From the sequence record NC_041878.1: a stretch of 64,000 bases of DNA. One strand, written 5' to 3'. Positions within the stretch are counted from its first letter, which is position 1. The number at the start of each line of letters is the position of its first letter. The position numbers and the translations under genes are program-made. Below, piece by piece: positions 26,314 through 36,578 of this stretch. The notes under the pieces were generated by a model that was given only the letters and a program-made list of their open reading frames with translations, had not been told where the DNA came from and ran no database searches.

Positions 26314-26830
26314 AGACAATCCTGCTTGATAGGGAGAGAAATCTTCCTAATGATTGAATCCCTACTTCGATGAAAATGTAATTGGAGAGTTGAGAAGTTC
26401 AGGCAGTTCGGAGAGCAAAAGAAACCCGTTAGGAGATGGCATAGTTTGTACCACCCACGGCAATGCGGCTCTATAAAGAAGTACATCTAATCGTTACCAG
26501 TACTTCCTCGATAGACATATAAGTGCAACCTTACCAAAAACGATAAGGGAGAATATGCACCAATTTTGTACAATATAGATCCGTCCAAAATTTGTGAATC
26601 ATATTCAAGTACTTTGTTTGATTGTATAGACAAGTATTAAGTGAGCTAAGACCTCGACCGTTGTTAGAACTGAAATAGGAAGAAACAGGACAACCCGCTT
26701 CCGTGCTGAAAAGTAATTTTCAATACAATTGCCGACGACTATCATCGTCAGTTTTCATCCTCCTGCGGGGGGATGAAATTGCCTCTACAAATCTCGTCAG
26801 TAATAAATGTGTTGAACAGTACAACGATTG
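26314..26830 (+). ncRNA. Putative approx. 500-nt structured ncRNA
   Basis: No ORF; hairpins GTGCA/TGCAC enclosing CCTTA/TAAGG, TGAAAA/TTTTCA, GACGA/TCGTC, TTTCATCC-TCC-TGC-GGG-GGATGAAA. Confidence 0.55.
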
Positions 26831-26948
26831 AATTTTAAATATGATTTTCTTGCAGCGAAGCGTAAGAAAATCCTTGACTTGCTTCAGCAAGGCGAGTACA
26901 CTACTCGAATTGAAGCATAAACAAATCATAAAATATGAGGTACATCTG

Positions 26949-27752
26949 ATGGGTACAATCCTGATGAAAGCAGAACTGCAAGATGTTTCGGTTGATAATA
27001 TTAAGCAGTACTGCTTCGATCATTTAAATGGTCGTGAAGTTGAATTCTTTGCAACTCGCCCACAATTGCGTGAAGCTTTGGTCAAAGCTGACATTAGTCC
27101 ATCTTTGCAGCATAGCTTGAATAGTTATAAAACTCTCACACGTGATGAGTGTATTTCTATTTTGGAAAATAGCTCGCAAATCTGGAATTCGATTGTAACT
27201 GATTACCAGTACGATCTCGATCTTCTGTATAAAGTTGCAAATAAAATCAATTTGTCATACGTGGATTGTCAGGAAAGTCTTGACGTTGCATTTGTTAAAC
27301 AATACGCAGATTCAATGGACATTTCTGATTTTGTTTCTCGCCGTATTAATAACGGCACGATTGAACAATTCTTTGAAGTTCCACAAGTAATGAACCGTTA
27401 TATGCGTACTGCGGTTCGTTGGAGCATTAGCCGTCCTGAACTGGTAAGTTTTATTGCTCGTCATAAAACTGATATTCAGCGTACAGAAATTGAAAAATTT
27501 GTTGATGAACTGTATAATAAGCCGGTTAGTGAAGAAACATTGACTGCTGCATATTCAGATCATCGCCGTGCTTCTCACAGTGTTGATACTGTAGTTAGCT
27601 ACTTCAAACGTAATCGTACTAAAGTTGAATACGCTACGTGGGATGATTATGTACTGGATTGTCAACGTACTGGTGATGATGGCCTGGCTGATTGCTGGTT
27701 CCGTGATTTCTTCCGTCCAGAAATTTGTGAGTACGCTGGCATCCAAATTTAA
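26949..27752 (+). CDS. Helical-repeat protein, family with C-terminal TW..W motif
   Basis: GAGGT RBS, ATG 26949; C-terminal ATWDDY...CWF. Confidence 0.75.
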   Translation: MGTILMKAELQDVSVDNIKQYCFDHLNGREVEFFATRPQLREALVKADISPSLQHSLNSYKTLTRDECISILENSSQIWNSIVTDYQYDLDLLYKVANKINLSYVDCQESLDVAFVKQYADSMDISDFVSRRINNGTIEQFFEVPQVMNRYMRTAVRWSISRPELVSFIARHKTDIQRTEIEKFVDELYNKPVSEETLTAAYSDHRRASHSVDTVVSYFKRNRTKVEYATWDDYVLDCQRTGDDGLADCWFRDFFRPEICEYAGIQI

Positions 27753-27821
27753 AAAATACATTGACGTGGCACATTTTTTGTGCCATAATATCGGTACTTT
27801 CTTAGAACAAGGCAAAAAAAC

Positions 27822-28832
27822 ATGTTAACCATTAAGTCCGAAAAAACTTCTCTCATGGATCTGAGCATCAATGAACTTTCAAATGTTGCATGGGAATATC
27901 TTGAAGTTGAAGAATTCGTTGATGATTTGAATAATCCGAACTTCCTCGCACGTATGATGTACGGCAAAAATAAAGAAGTACTTGCATCTTTGACGAAGTG
28001 CGACAACTTCATTGCTTATGTACCAGAAGCATTTCTGGCGAAAATGATCGATGCCCGTAAAATTCAAACTGAACATTTTAAAATCGGTTCATCGATGTTC
28101 TATGATGGAAAACAATACTCAATCGAATTTCTCAATAAGTACGGTGCACACATTGACATGTACCATGTTGAAAATCAGAAAAGTATTACTCCTGAATTCC
28201 TTGAGAAATACCATGATGAAATCGATGTAAGTTCATTCTGGTCACGTTTTGATCGTACCTTTGGTATCGAAAATTTGAAACATTTCGCTACTTATAAAAA
28301 TGGTATGTTCCTTGAAGAAATTCAAGAATCTGAAGCAATTCGTTATTTGACTATTAGCGATCTCGAAAGTCTCGATATGCCAGTACCGGATTATTACCAT
28401 AACGTAATGACTGAACAGCGTGTCATGAGTGGTGATCCATGTAATGATGGTCAACGTTCATTCAGTATTTGGTTGCGTAAGTATCGCCGTGTTTCAAATA
28501 ATCCAACTGGATTCCCAACATGGAATGATCTTCTGGAACTTTATAAAAAGTACCCACGAATGAATCAGCACAACTATGTTGATTGGCTTCATGATCGTGC
28601 AGTAACTAATCGCGAAGATTACGTTAACGAATATCCAGAACATTTGTCCTATTCACCAAGTAATATTTCGTTCGGTGAGTATCGTGATATTGCGGGTGAA
28701 GATCATAAAGAAGAAGATTATGCCATTGAGTTTTCTGACGTACTTCAACCGGAAATTACACCGGATGTACAAGTTGCTCGCCGTGTTCCTGCACGTGATC
28801 CGGTAACTGGTCGCTTTGTTTCAGCAAACTAA
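27822..28832 (+). CDS. Helical-repeat protein, same family
   Basis: DPCNDG...PTWNDL...YVDWL; ends RDPVTGRFV. Confidence 0.75.
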   Translation: MLTIKSEKTSLMDLSINELSNVAWEYLEVEEFVDDLNNPNFLARMMYGKNKEVLASLTKCDNFIAYVPEAFLAKMIDARKIQTEHFKIGSSMFYDGKQYSIEFLNKYGAHIDMYHVENQKSITPEFLEKYHDEIDVSSFWSRFDRTFGIENLKHFATYKNGMFLEEIQESEAIRYLTISDLESLDMPVPDYYHNVMTEQRVMSGDPCNDGQRSFSIWLRKYRRVSNNPTGFPTWNDLLELYKKYPRMNQHNYVDWLHDRAVTNREDYVNEYPEHLSYSPSNISFGEYRDIAGEDHKEEDYAIEFSDVLQPEITPDVQVARRVPARDPVTGRFVSAN

Positions 28833-28898
28833 AAAACTAACTTAGTACTATATAATGCCAAACATCGTGTTTGGCATTTTTTATTAAAAGGTATTTGT

Positions 28899-29423
28899 AT
28901 GTCAACAATTACAGCAACAAAACATGTTTCAATCGATACACTCAGTGAATTACTGAATGCAATCAAAACTTATGGTAAAGATAAGGTAAGTGCTGATAAT
29001 ATGTATGAACTGTTTCGTGCAAGCATTAACAACATTAACACTGCCGAATGGTATGAACTAATTGAAATCGGTAGCGATGATTTAGTTGCCAGTACTATCA
29101 GTGAACTCTTTGCACATAATCATTTCCGTACACCATTCGTAAATGCTTTTGGTGTAACTGAAGAAGAATTTACTTCTCGTCTAATCAATATTGCATTAGA
29201 ACGTGATCTACATTTGTCTCGTGTTCCACCTTGCACTACAATTGAACAGCTTAATGATTTGGCTGAGCGTGACTTAGTATCTTTGTATTTTGTTGAACAT
29301 GTTGAATCAATTGATCTTGACTTTGTTCGCAAATATGCTGATGGTCTAGATTTGGGTGCTGTTGCTCGCCATTCTAATAAGCAAGATGTACGTGAATTTG
29401 CACAAGAACTATATTACAATTAA
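28899..29423 (+). CDS. Helical-repeat protein, short member
   Basis: IDLDFVRKYADGLD resembles LDVAFVKQYADSMD of 26949..27752. Confidence 0.7.
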   Translation: MSTITATKHVSIDTLSELLNAIKTYGKDKVSADNMYELFRASINNINTAEWYELIEIGSDDLVASTISELFAHNHFRTPFVNAFGVTEEEFTSRLINIALERDLHLSRVPPCTTIEQLNDLAERDLVSLYFVEHVESIDLDFVRKYADGLDLGAVARHSNKQDVREFAQELYYN

Positions 29424-29432
29424 GGATTACTG

Positions 29433-30227
29433 ATGTATATTGAAATTACACACGATTACGATGTTAAAGAAGTTGCAAAGGATATTCGTAGTTTCTGCTT
29501 CCGTGATGATATTACAGTAAAAGATTTCATTGCTTTAGTGGAAGAACTGGAACCAGAACGTTATCTTGAATTGTTTTATCGCAATGTTCTTGAGAATGTT
29601 AAAGGTGAGCTTCCAGATGATTTGGTTGAACTACTACTAACGTCACAACTTACTGTGGGTCATATTATTGGTTCATGTAAAGTATCCGATGCTATGGTTC
29701 AAAACATCATTGATAACCGTCTACGTGAAGTTGATAGCGAAAAACTTATCAGTACTCAAAATCTAACTTTCGAACAGTTTGAAACTGTTCTCAAAAATGG
29801 TTCAGACATTTATACTAGTTCACTTGGTTCTATGCTTGGTGATCTACGTAATGTAGAATATGCATTGTATGTAATTGATAATTGGGATCAAATTCCATCT
29901 ATTGCAGATGAAGATATTGCTGAATTCCGTTATTATCTTTTCAATGGCTTTGGTTCAGTACTGCTTTCTGATGAAGAATGTCTGAAACTATTTGGATTTG
30001 TGCGTCCAGCATTTAGCTCCGAAGAACTTCGTGAACATGAACCATGTACAGAAGGCTGGAAACGTGCATACAAATGGGCTGGTCGTAGTGATACGAAGTA
30101 CACATGGAACGAATTTATCGCCCGTCATATTCTTGCGAACCAGAATAACGTTGAAGGTGCAAAATCAGATCTAGAGTGGTTAGCTGAATCTTTATCTGAT
30201 GAGCAGGATTATTTTGATCACTGGTAA
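29433..30227 (+). CDS. Helical-repeat protein, same family
   Basis: EELREHEPCTEG...YTWNEF...DLEWL. Confidence 0.75.
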   Translation: MYIEITHDYDVKEVAKDIRSFCFRDDITVKDFIALVEELEPERYLELFYRNVLENVKGELPDDLVELLLTSQLTVGHIIGSCKVSDAMVQNIIDNRLREVDSEKLISTQNLTFEQFETVLKNGSDIYTSSLGSMLGDLRNVEYALYVIDNWDQIPSIADEDIAEFRYYLFNGFGSVLLSDEECLKLFGFVRPAFSSEELREHEPCTEGWKRAYKWAGRSDTKYTWNEFIARHILANQNNVEGAKSDLEWLAESLSDEQDYFDHW

Positions 30228-30293
30228 AAGTACTTGACTTAGGTCATAAGATTTGATAGACTGGATTCCTATAATTGAAAGGAGTCCAGTTTA

Positions 30294-30860
30294 ATGTTTA
30301 AGTTAGATAATGTGTACAAAAACACATGTTGTATGTGTTGTGGTATTCCACAGGAAAGTCCACGTTTTTTTGTAAAAGAAGATGGAACTAAAGTTCGTGT
30401 AACAGTAGATCATGTTCTTTTGCGTTCACTTGATGGACCAAATACAGCAGACAACTTAGTACTTATGTGTCATGATTGTAATCAGATGCGTGGTAACTTG
30501 TTCGCTGAACTTTCGGAATTCATTGATTGGTACTGGAGCGATACTCCTTTGCCTAAAGAAAAGAACTTTTCATATTTGCGTGGTAAACATCGTGTGAATA
30601 GTAAGTTCGATAGGTATACGTTTAAAGGTAATAACTTTGTAAAATCATCTACTCGTATCTTAGATGAAAATGATAATACTATTCGTATACAACAAAAGAA
30701 TATAAATTCTAAACAAGTAATTCCAGTACTTAAACCAAAATCATCTTCGTCAGTTCTTATAGGAACGATTGAACTCAATGGTTATGTGTACGAACAATAT
30801 AAACATCCTTTATTCGGAACAAGTCTGGTGAAAGTAGAATCTCACCAACAGGAACAATAA
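30294..30860 (+). CDS. HNH endonuclease-domain protein
   Basis: CCMC...TVDHV...G...NLVLMCHDCNQMRGN. Confidence 0.85.
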   Translation: MFKLDNVYKNTCCMCCGIPQESPRFFVKEDGTKVRVTVDHVLLRSLDGPNTADNLVLMCHDCNQMRGNLFAELSEFIDWYWSDTPLPKEKNFSYLRGKHRVNSKFDRYTFKGNNFVKSSTRILDENDNTIRIQQKNINSKQVIPVLKPKSSSSVLIGTIELNGYVYEQYKHPLFGTSLVKVESHQQEQ

Positions 30861-30861
30861 T

Positions 30862-31182
30862 ATGAACGCATTTGGATTTATGGTTGGAACAGTACTGGTT
30901 AATACCTTATTCGTATTTGATGTATTCATTTCCAAATACCAACGTCGCTGGTCACTTTGGGGTTCAACAATGACTGTTATTGTTGAGAGCTATAATGTAT
31001 TCCTCGTTACTCCAATATGGACACTAATTAGTTTATGGTTCAGTGGTTTGATCTTTGGTGATTCGGTAAACATTGTGCAAGTATGTGTGAGTGTAATGTT
31101 TTGGGTATACATTGTAGTACTGTACGGTTTTAGTACTCACAAATATTACGAATGGAAAGTACCGGAGATGAAAAAAGAGTAA
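30862..31182 (+). CDS. Multi-pass membrane protein
   Basis: Three hydrophobic segments. Confidence 0.65.
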   Translation: MNAFGFMVGTVLVNTLFVFDVFISKYQRRWSLWGSTMTVIVESYNVFLVTPIWTLISLWFSGLIFGDSVNIVQVCVSVMFWVYIVVLYGFSTHKYYEWKVPEMKKE

Positions 31183-32369
31183 TGACTTATAAAATATGGC
31201 AACCCAGGATAACCTCAATTGAAGTTCTTGGTAGCATAACTACAACAAATCATACAACAACTGATACAACACCAATACCTGTTATTAAAAGGAATAATAT
31301 GATCGCGATTACCGATCCAGTTCGTTTGCAAGTAGAAGATATTCTACGTGCAAGTTTGAAATACGCTTCAAATCTACGTGTTAAAGATGTAGTACGTTAT
31401 AAACTTGCCGAGAAGTTTATGAATACTCACAGCGATACTGAGTATTATGTGAATGAAAATGAAAAAGAAGGTAAGAGTACTTTCAAACAAGTAGTTAGTA
31501 CATTTTGTGAGAAACACAATTTGGGTACTATTAGTATGGGATACCAAGAACTTGTATTCAATGAAGAACAAGTAATTGGTTCAATTTCATTTGTATTCTA
31601 TACTGATAAAACCTTCGGGTTTGATTACATTATGGATGAAACTCTTGTTGATGATTTCAAACTTTGCATCAAGAATCGTGAGAACTGTAATAACACTCCT
31701 ATTCTTAATCGTTTGAGTCTGGACAACATGGGTCGTATGAACGAGAATAACATTCTGTTCAATCCACCTAAGATCAATATGCCATCAGAGATCATGTATC
31801 CGTGGTTTGATTTTACACCTGAAGAACTTGCAAAAAACTTCATGGATAGTACTGCGAATGTTCTAGTACTATACGGTGATCCAGGTACAGGTAAGACTAC
31901 GTTTATTAAACGTATGTTGCAGGGTGTTGGTTTTGAAGAGAACCGTTCTATTACGGTCGTTGATACACCAGCAGTAATGCAATCACCAGAACTGGTTAAT
32001 AATATCTATACGTCTAAACACAAAGATATTTTCATCTTTGAAGATGTTGACCGTCACCTTTATTCACGTGAAGAAGGTAATGATATTATGGCTGGTCTAT
32101 TGAACGCAGCAGAAGGTTTAGCATCACCTGATGTTAAGATCATTATCAGTACTAACATTAAGAATCTTAATGATATTGATAGTGCATTGATTCGTCCAGG
32201 TCGTTGTTTCAAAACTCTTGAGTTCTTGAAACTACAAAAAGAAGAACAGATTAATGTTCGTAACTTCTTAGGTCTTGATGTAGAAGTATGTACTTCTGCA
32301 ACACAATCTCTTGCAGAAGTAATGAATGAACGTGCAACTACCGGAATGGTTGGTTCAGGTTTTCTGTAA
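31182..32369 (+). CDS. AAA+ ATPase
   Basis: Walker A GDPGTGKT, Walker B FIFEDVD, STN sensor 1, DSALIRPGR SRH motif. Confidence 0.9.
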   Translation: MTYKIWQPRITSIEVLGSITTTNHTTTDTTPIPVIKRNNMIAITDPVRLQVEDILRASLKYASNLRVKDVVRYKLAEKFMNTHSDTEYYVNENEKEGKSTFKQVVSTFCEKHNLGTISMGYQELVFNEEQVIGSISFVFYTDKTFGFDYIMDETLVDDFKLCIKNRENCNNTPILNRLSLDNMGRMNENNILFNPPKINMPSEIMYPWFDFTPEELAKNFMDSTANVLVLYGDPGTGKTTFIKRMLQGVGFEENRSITVVDTPAVMQSPELVNNIYTSKHKDIFIFEDVDRHLYSREEGNDIMAGLLNAAEGLASPDVKIIISTNIKNLNDIDSALIRPGRCFKTLEFLKLQKEEQINVRNFLGLDVEVCTSATQSLAEVMNERATTGMVGSGFL

Positions 32370-32423
32370 TTAATTTGGGATGCTTCGGCATCCCTTTTTT
32401 CGTTTGACATTTGGGAGTATTTC

Positions 32424-32612
32424 ATGTTATCATATGATGTAGTACTGAAAGGATTAAAAGATGGTGAAGACGTATATGAAACTATCGAACTCAAAATTGA
32501 AGCCGAAACCGAAGTTGAAGTAGATGCATTGATCGCAGATGCTATCTATCAGGTTCGTTTAGATAATATGTATTATAAAATGAAATATGTATCTAAGGTA
32601 AAATGTGAATGA
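32424..32612 (+). CDS. Small acidic protein
   Basis: 62 aa, GGGAG RBS. Confidence 0.6.
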   Translation: MLSYDVVLKGLKDGEDVYETIELKIEAETEVEVDALIADAIYQVRLDNMYYKMKYVSKVKCE

Positions 32613-32866
32613 CCCGAAGTGTACAATCCTATATCAATCGTTATAAAGCATCCTGGAAAACTCGTCGGGATGTAAACAGTACTATCAAACAATTGCAAGA
32701 TAAATTGAACTGTCTGATGAAAACACGCTCGAAAGATTTAAGGAACTCTAAGAATCTGGATGAGAAAGTAGCAGTACGCAATCGTTATGATAACGATATT
32801 AAATTTTATGATTACCTTCTGTACATTATTAAGTTAGACTATTATGAGATTGTGAGTGAGTTATGA
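32609..32866 (+). CDS. Hypothetical protein
   Basis: 85 aa, coupled. Confidence 0.6.
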   Translation: MTRSVQSYINRYKASWKTRRDVNSTIKQLQDKLNCLMKTRSKDLRNSKNLDEKVAVRNRYDNDIKFYDYLLYIIKLDYYEIVSEL

Positions 32867-33030
32867 TTTATCAAATGATTGTAAAAGCATTGAAAGAGCT
32901 ACAGGCATCCGGTACTGACATTGGAAATGCAGTTAAGTACTGTTCAGATAACGCATTCGACCTTGTGCAAAAATATGAGGAAGGAACAACTATTGATGAA
33001 TTGTTAATGATTTGTATGAATCATAAATAA
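32863..33030 (+). CDS. Small hypothetical protein (55 aa)
   Basis: MIYQMIVKALKEL..., read by eye. Confidence 0.5.
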   Translation: MIYQMIVKALKELQASGTDIGNAVKYCSDNAFDLVQKYEEGTTIDELLMICMNHK

Positions 33031-33062
33031 ATGAAAGGAAATCATTTATAAGGATATAAACC

Positions 33063-33335
33063 ATGATTCATCCAGATATGAACGTCATTAAGAAATGGAA
33101 TACAGTTAAAATTTCCCAGCTTGGCGACTTGCTTAAATCACAAGGTTTTCACTTTGTTAAATCATTCAGTACTGATGAGCACCGTATTTTCGTTAGCGAA
33201 GACAATTCACTAATGATTATATTTGAGCGTAATGTTGGTAAAGTGTACAATACAAAAGACCGTAAAACTGCTTTACATTCTTTTAGTGCCGTTCCTGACA
33301 TGCCAAAATTAAATGACGTTAAGCGTCCACAATAA
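33063..33335 (+). CDS. Hypothetical protein
   Basis: 90 aa, AAGGA RBS. Confidence 0.65.
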   Translation: MIHPDMNVIKKWNTVKISQLGDLLKSQGFHFVKSFSTDEHRIFVSEDNSLMIIFERNVGKVYNTKDRKTALHSFSAVPDMPKLNDVKRPQ

Positions 33336-33416
33336 CCAAAAAGGGGTTGACTTCGGTCAGCCCCTTTGCTATTATGGCGGTACTGAAGCGAAAAACAACT
33401 TTTAAGAGAGAAGAAA

Positions 33417-34337
33417 ATGGAAGTACGTAACTGCCGTAACGTTAAATTCAATGGTCAATTCGTTCTTAAAAACCTGCAAGTATTACGTAAACAATATAAA
33501 TTCAAATCTGGAGTTTTAACTTTAATTTCAGTTGCAACTCGTGATGGATTAAAATGCGATACTTGTCAGAATGATAAGATTCATTTCGAATTGCACCCTG
33601 AATACGGTATGGCAATGTATGCTGGGTCAGTACGCATGACTAAGGATCATGATCTTCTTAATTCACTCGAAGGTTCAGATGGTGCAGATAACCAGCATCT
33701 TCTTTGTGAAACTTGCAATACTTTGCGTGGGAATCGTTTTGCTGAATATAAAGAATTTAAAGATTGGTACGATTCAGTACTGGCAAAAGGTCTTAATCCA
33801 CATACTGCAATTAATAAAGTAAAACGTAATTTCTCTTATATGGATTTCCATAAGAACGGATATTCAGAATCACAACTTCCAGAAATTTTAGGTACTATTG
33901 ATATAATTCCTGTTGATGTTAAAAATTCTTTAACTGAACATTTCCTAAAACACCAGGCATTCAAAGCAATTAAAGGTATGTTTAGTTTTCACACATTACT
34001 ATCATATTCTGAGAAAGCATGGAATGATTACCTTAATGAACTGATGGTTATTTTGGTAAAAACTCGTACTAAACAAGATATTCAAATGCGTAATACCAAT
34101 TTTAATATCTACAAATACAAAAAAAGTAAAAAGAAAATTACAACATTCTTCGTTCATATTAATGAAACTATTAAAGTCGAATATCAAAAAGTTAAAAAAG
34201 ACGCACACAAAGTTGGTATTCAAAAACAAATTAAAGAAGTACTGAACAACCAAGAACAATCATTTAAAGTTATTCCTGTTCGTCCGAACTTCTTCCAGCG
34301 TTTGAAGAATGCATTTCAAGTACTGGTAGCAGCATAA
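33417..34337 (+). CDS. HNH-domain protein with long C-terminal extension
   Basis: CDTC...MTKDH...G...NQHLLCETCNTLRGN; HNH part parallels 30294..30860. Confidence 0.75.
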   Translation: MEVRNCRNVKFNGQFVLKNLQVLRKQYKFKSGVLTLISVATRDGLKCDTCQNDKIHFELHPEYGMAMYAGSVRMTKDHDLLNSLEGSDGADNQHLLCETCNTLRGNRFAEYKEFKDWYDSVLAKGLNPHTAINKVKRNFSYMDFHKNGYSESQLPEILGTIDIIPVDVKNSLTEHFLKHQAFKAIKGMFSFHTLLSYSEKAWNDYLNELMVILVKTRTKQDIQMRNTNFNIYKYKKSKKKITTFFVHINETIKVEYQKVKKDAHKVGIQKQIKEVLNNQEQSFKVIPVRPNFFQRLKNAFQVLVAA

Positions 34338-34367
34338 ATCAAAAGGGAGCCAATTGCTCCCTTTCTA

Positions 34368-35027
34368 TTATAGTAATTGTCTAACTTCGAACTCATAAAT
34401 TTTGCCGTTAAAGAATGGTGTAGCAGCAGTTCCACTAAAAGCATTCTTACCTACAGTGTAGTTTTGTAGGGTATTGATATTAAAAACTTGTGAACTTGAT
34501 TGAAAAAGAACATCGTTGATGTAAACAAATGAACCTGTACTCAAAAGTTGAATTCTAATTTCCATTGGAGTATTGGCATCATTTGTGAATGTTGATGTAC
34601 TGTAGTTGTCACCTGTATTATTAATACTCATATATGTTTTAAATGGGGCTACTGCGTTTGATGTGTACCCAAATAAAAAATAATTTCCGTTGGTTTGTAT
34701 CGGTCTAGTATCCATTAGAAGTGTAAGATATTGTCCACCTCTATATACTAACCCTGATATTTTATAATAAATTTCCATATTAGTTCCAATGGCTAATTTA
34801 TTATCCTTGAAGTTAAAGTATGAAGAAGCACTCCCGTTAAAATTCATATATGTTCCATATTGGTTTAGACCAACTGTAACATCGGCTCCACGGTTTATAG
34901 TTATATTATTATCACTTTTGTCTTTAATGTCAGAAATAGTATTAAACTCATGCATACTAAGAAGTACTTTATAGTTCGGTGGTATGATTACGTTTGCGTA
35001 TTCAAATAATCTTGGGAATGGTAACAT
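34368..35027 (-). CDS. MLPF-family putative virion protein, concanavalin/LamG-like
   Basis: MLPFPRLFEYAN N-terminus; YMNFNG...FNGKIYEFEV lectin-like pattern. Confidence 0.75.
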   Translation of the reverse strand: MLPFPRLFEYANVIIPPNYKVLLSMHEFNTISDIKDKSDNNITINRGADVTVGLNQYGTYMNFNGSASSYFNFKDNKLAIGTNMEIYYKISGLVYRGGQYLTLLMDTRPIQTNGNYFLFGYTSNAVAPFKTYMSINNTGDNYSTSTFTNDANTPMEIRIQLLSTGSFVYINDVLFQSSSQVFNINTLQNYTVGKNAFSGTAATPFFNGKIYEFEVRQLL

Positions 35028-35041
35028 GTGAATAGTTTTCC

Positions 35042-35689
35042 TTATGTTGGTCTACGAATTTCAAAACGGTAAATTTTACCATATAAGTACGGTGCTGATG
35101 GTGCACCATTGTTAACCCACGCATTCTTACCAATTTTATATTGTTGGTTAACCATACTTATTGCTGCGGTAGTGCTAAAAAATAATGAGTCATTAACAAA
35201 TAATTGTGTACCAGTACTCCTTATTTTAAATAGCATTTCAATTGGCTCAGCAGATGTGTCAGGGAATGTATTAGTACTTTGTAATTCACCAGCACTTTGA
35301 TAATACATCCAAAGAGTATAAGGTGCTGGGGCGTTAGATGAATATCCAGCAACAAAATATTGCCCATTAGTACCTGCTGGTCTACAATCTATGATTTGAT
35401 TTGAATATATTCCACTTCTATATGTGAAGTTGCTTATTTTAATATAAATGTCAAGTTCTCCTAAATCCAACAAACTAGAGTTAAACTCTACCCATTGTGC
35501 TTGACCAGTGAAGTTCATATAAGTACCGTATGCATCAACACCAACAGGCAAATAACCAAAAGCAGATACTGGAATTTTATTAGGACTTCTATCAACTATG
35601 TCAGACGTACTAATAAAATCATATAAAGCAAAAACTGGAACAGAACTAAGATCATTTCCATATTGAAGCATTCTTGTAAATGGAAGCAT
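35042..35689 (-). CDS. MLPF-family putative virion protein, concanavalin/LamG-like
   Basis: MLPFTRMLQYGN; close paralog of 34368..35027; TAAATA at 35724-29 (minus). Confidence 0.75.
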   Translation of the reverse strand: MLPFTRMLQYGNDLSSVPVFALYDFISTSDIVDRSPNKIPVSAFGYLPVGVDAYGTYMNFTGQAQWVEFNSSLLDLGELDIYIKISNFTYRSGIYSNQIIDCRPAGTNGQYFVAGYSSNAPAPYTLWMYYQSAGELQSTNTFPDTSAEPIEMLFKIRSTGTQLFVNDSLFFSTTAAISMVNQQYKIGKNAWVNNGAPSAPYLYGKIYRFEIRRPT

Positions 35690-35732
35690 ATTATAATAAC
35701 CTCATATTTTTAAAATTATTAATTATTTAGGC

Positions 35733-35761
35733 TTGACACGATGTTAAATCTTTGATATAAT
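35733..35761 (+). promoter_or_regulatory. Consensus sigma70 promoter
   Basis: TTGACA-N17-TATAAT, back-to-back with the minus-strand late core. Confidence 0.85.
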
Positions 35762-35788
35762 GTCAGTATTAAGTGCGAGAGGTAGAAA

Positions 35789-36571
35789 ATGATTAGTCGT
35801 CGCGAAGTACTGAAACTGCGTATCGCTGAGAATTTTGATGCGATGATGGATACGCTTGAGTGCATCCTGAATCCGTTGAACCCAATCAAGGCTATGACCG
35901 TGACTGGAGCGAGTGGTATTGGTAAATCTTATAACCTGATTAAACGGTTAGAAGATGCTCATGATCATGGTTATTGTAACTTCCACTATCTTAACGGTAA
36001 ATGTACTGGACTTGGTTTGTATCAGGCATTATATAATGCTCGTCACTTAGGTTCAGTACTGCTGATGGATGACGTTGACGTATTTGATACAGAAGATAAG
36101 TTGAACCTTCTGAAAGCATCTCTTGAATCTGATGATAATCGAATCATCACTTACATGAGTTCTTCACGTCACTTAGCTGATAACGGAATTCCTACTCAGT
36201 TCGAGTTCTGTGGTAAGGTTATCTTTATCACGAACAAAGACCTAGTGAAAATTTCCGAAGCTAACTCAGCATTGTCTCCACATGTTGAGGCATTGATGAC
36301 TCGTGGTGCATTCATTGACCTTGAGATCCATGATAACGAAAGTGTTATGGTTCACATTGAGAACATCATGCGTAGTACTAACATTGTTAAAGGTCTTGGT
36401 GTTAGCAGCGATGGTGCAGAGAAGATACTGAACTTCATGTTGAAGAACAGTGCTAATCTCCGTAAGCCATCATTGCGTATGCCAGTTCAATTGGCAGGGC
36501 TGTACTTGCAGTTCCCTGATAAATGGGAGCAACATGCAATGAAAGTATGTGTTAAATCTGTAAAGGTGTAG
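35789..36571 (+). CDS. P-loop AAA-like ATPase
   Basis: GASGIGKS Walker A, LLMDDVD Walker B, FITN, ALMTR. Confidence 0.85.
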   Translation: MISRREVLKLRIAENFDAMMDTLECILNPLNPIKAMTVTGASGIGKSYNLIKRLEDAHDHGYCNFHYLNGKCTGLGLYQALYNARHLGSVLLMDDVDVFDTEDKLNLLKASLESDDNRIITYMSSSRHLADNGIPTQFEFCGKVIFITNKDLVKISEANSALSPHVEALMTRGAFIDLEIHDNESVMVHIENIMRSTNIVKGLGVSSDGAEKILNFMLKNSANLRKPSLRMPVQLAGLYLQFPDKWEQHAMKVCVKSVKV

Positions 36572-36578
36572 TGTAACG

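Larger units (their letters stand above)
23028..33375 (+). repeat. Repeated terminator-promoter cassette GGGTTGACTTCGGTCAGCCC(T)n
   Basis: TTGACT at 23028, 24106, 24643, 25398, 33347 (also 49685, 52418, 61098) inside a C-UUCG-G hairpin, usually with a -10 box 17-18 nt downstream. Confidence 0.8.

Noticed and set aside
26314-26830. tmRNA or RNase P RNA
   Set aside because: No Ala acceptor with G3:U70/CCA end or tag frame; no GAGGAAAGTCC-type P4 motif seen.
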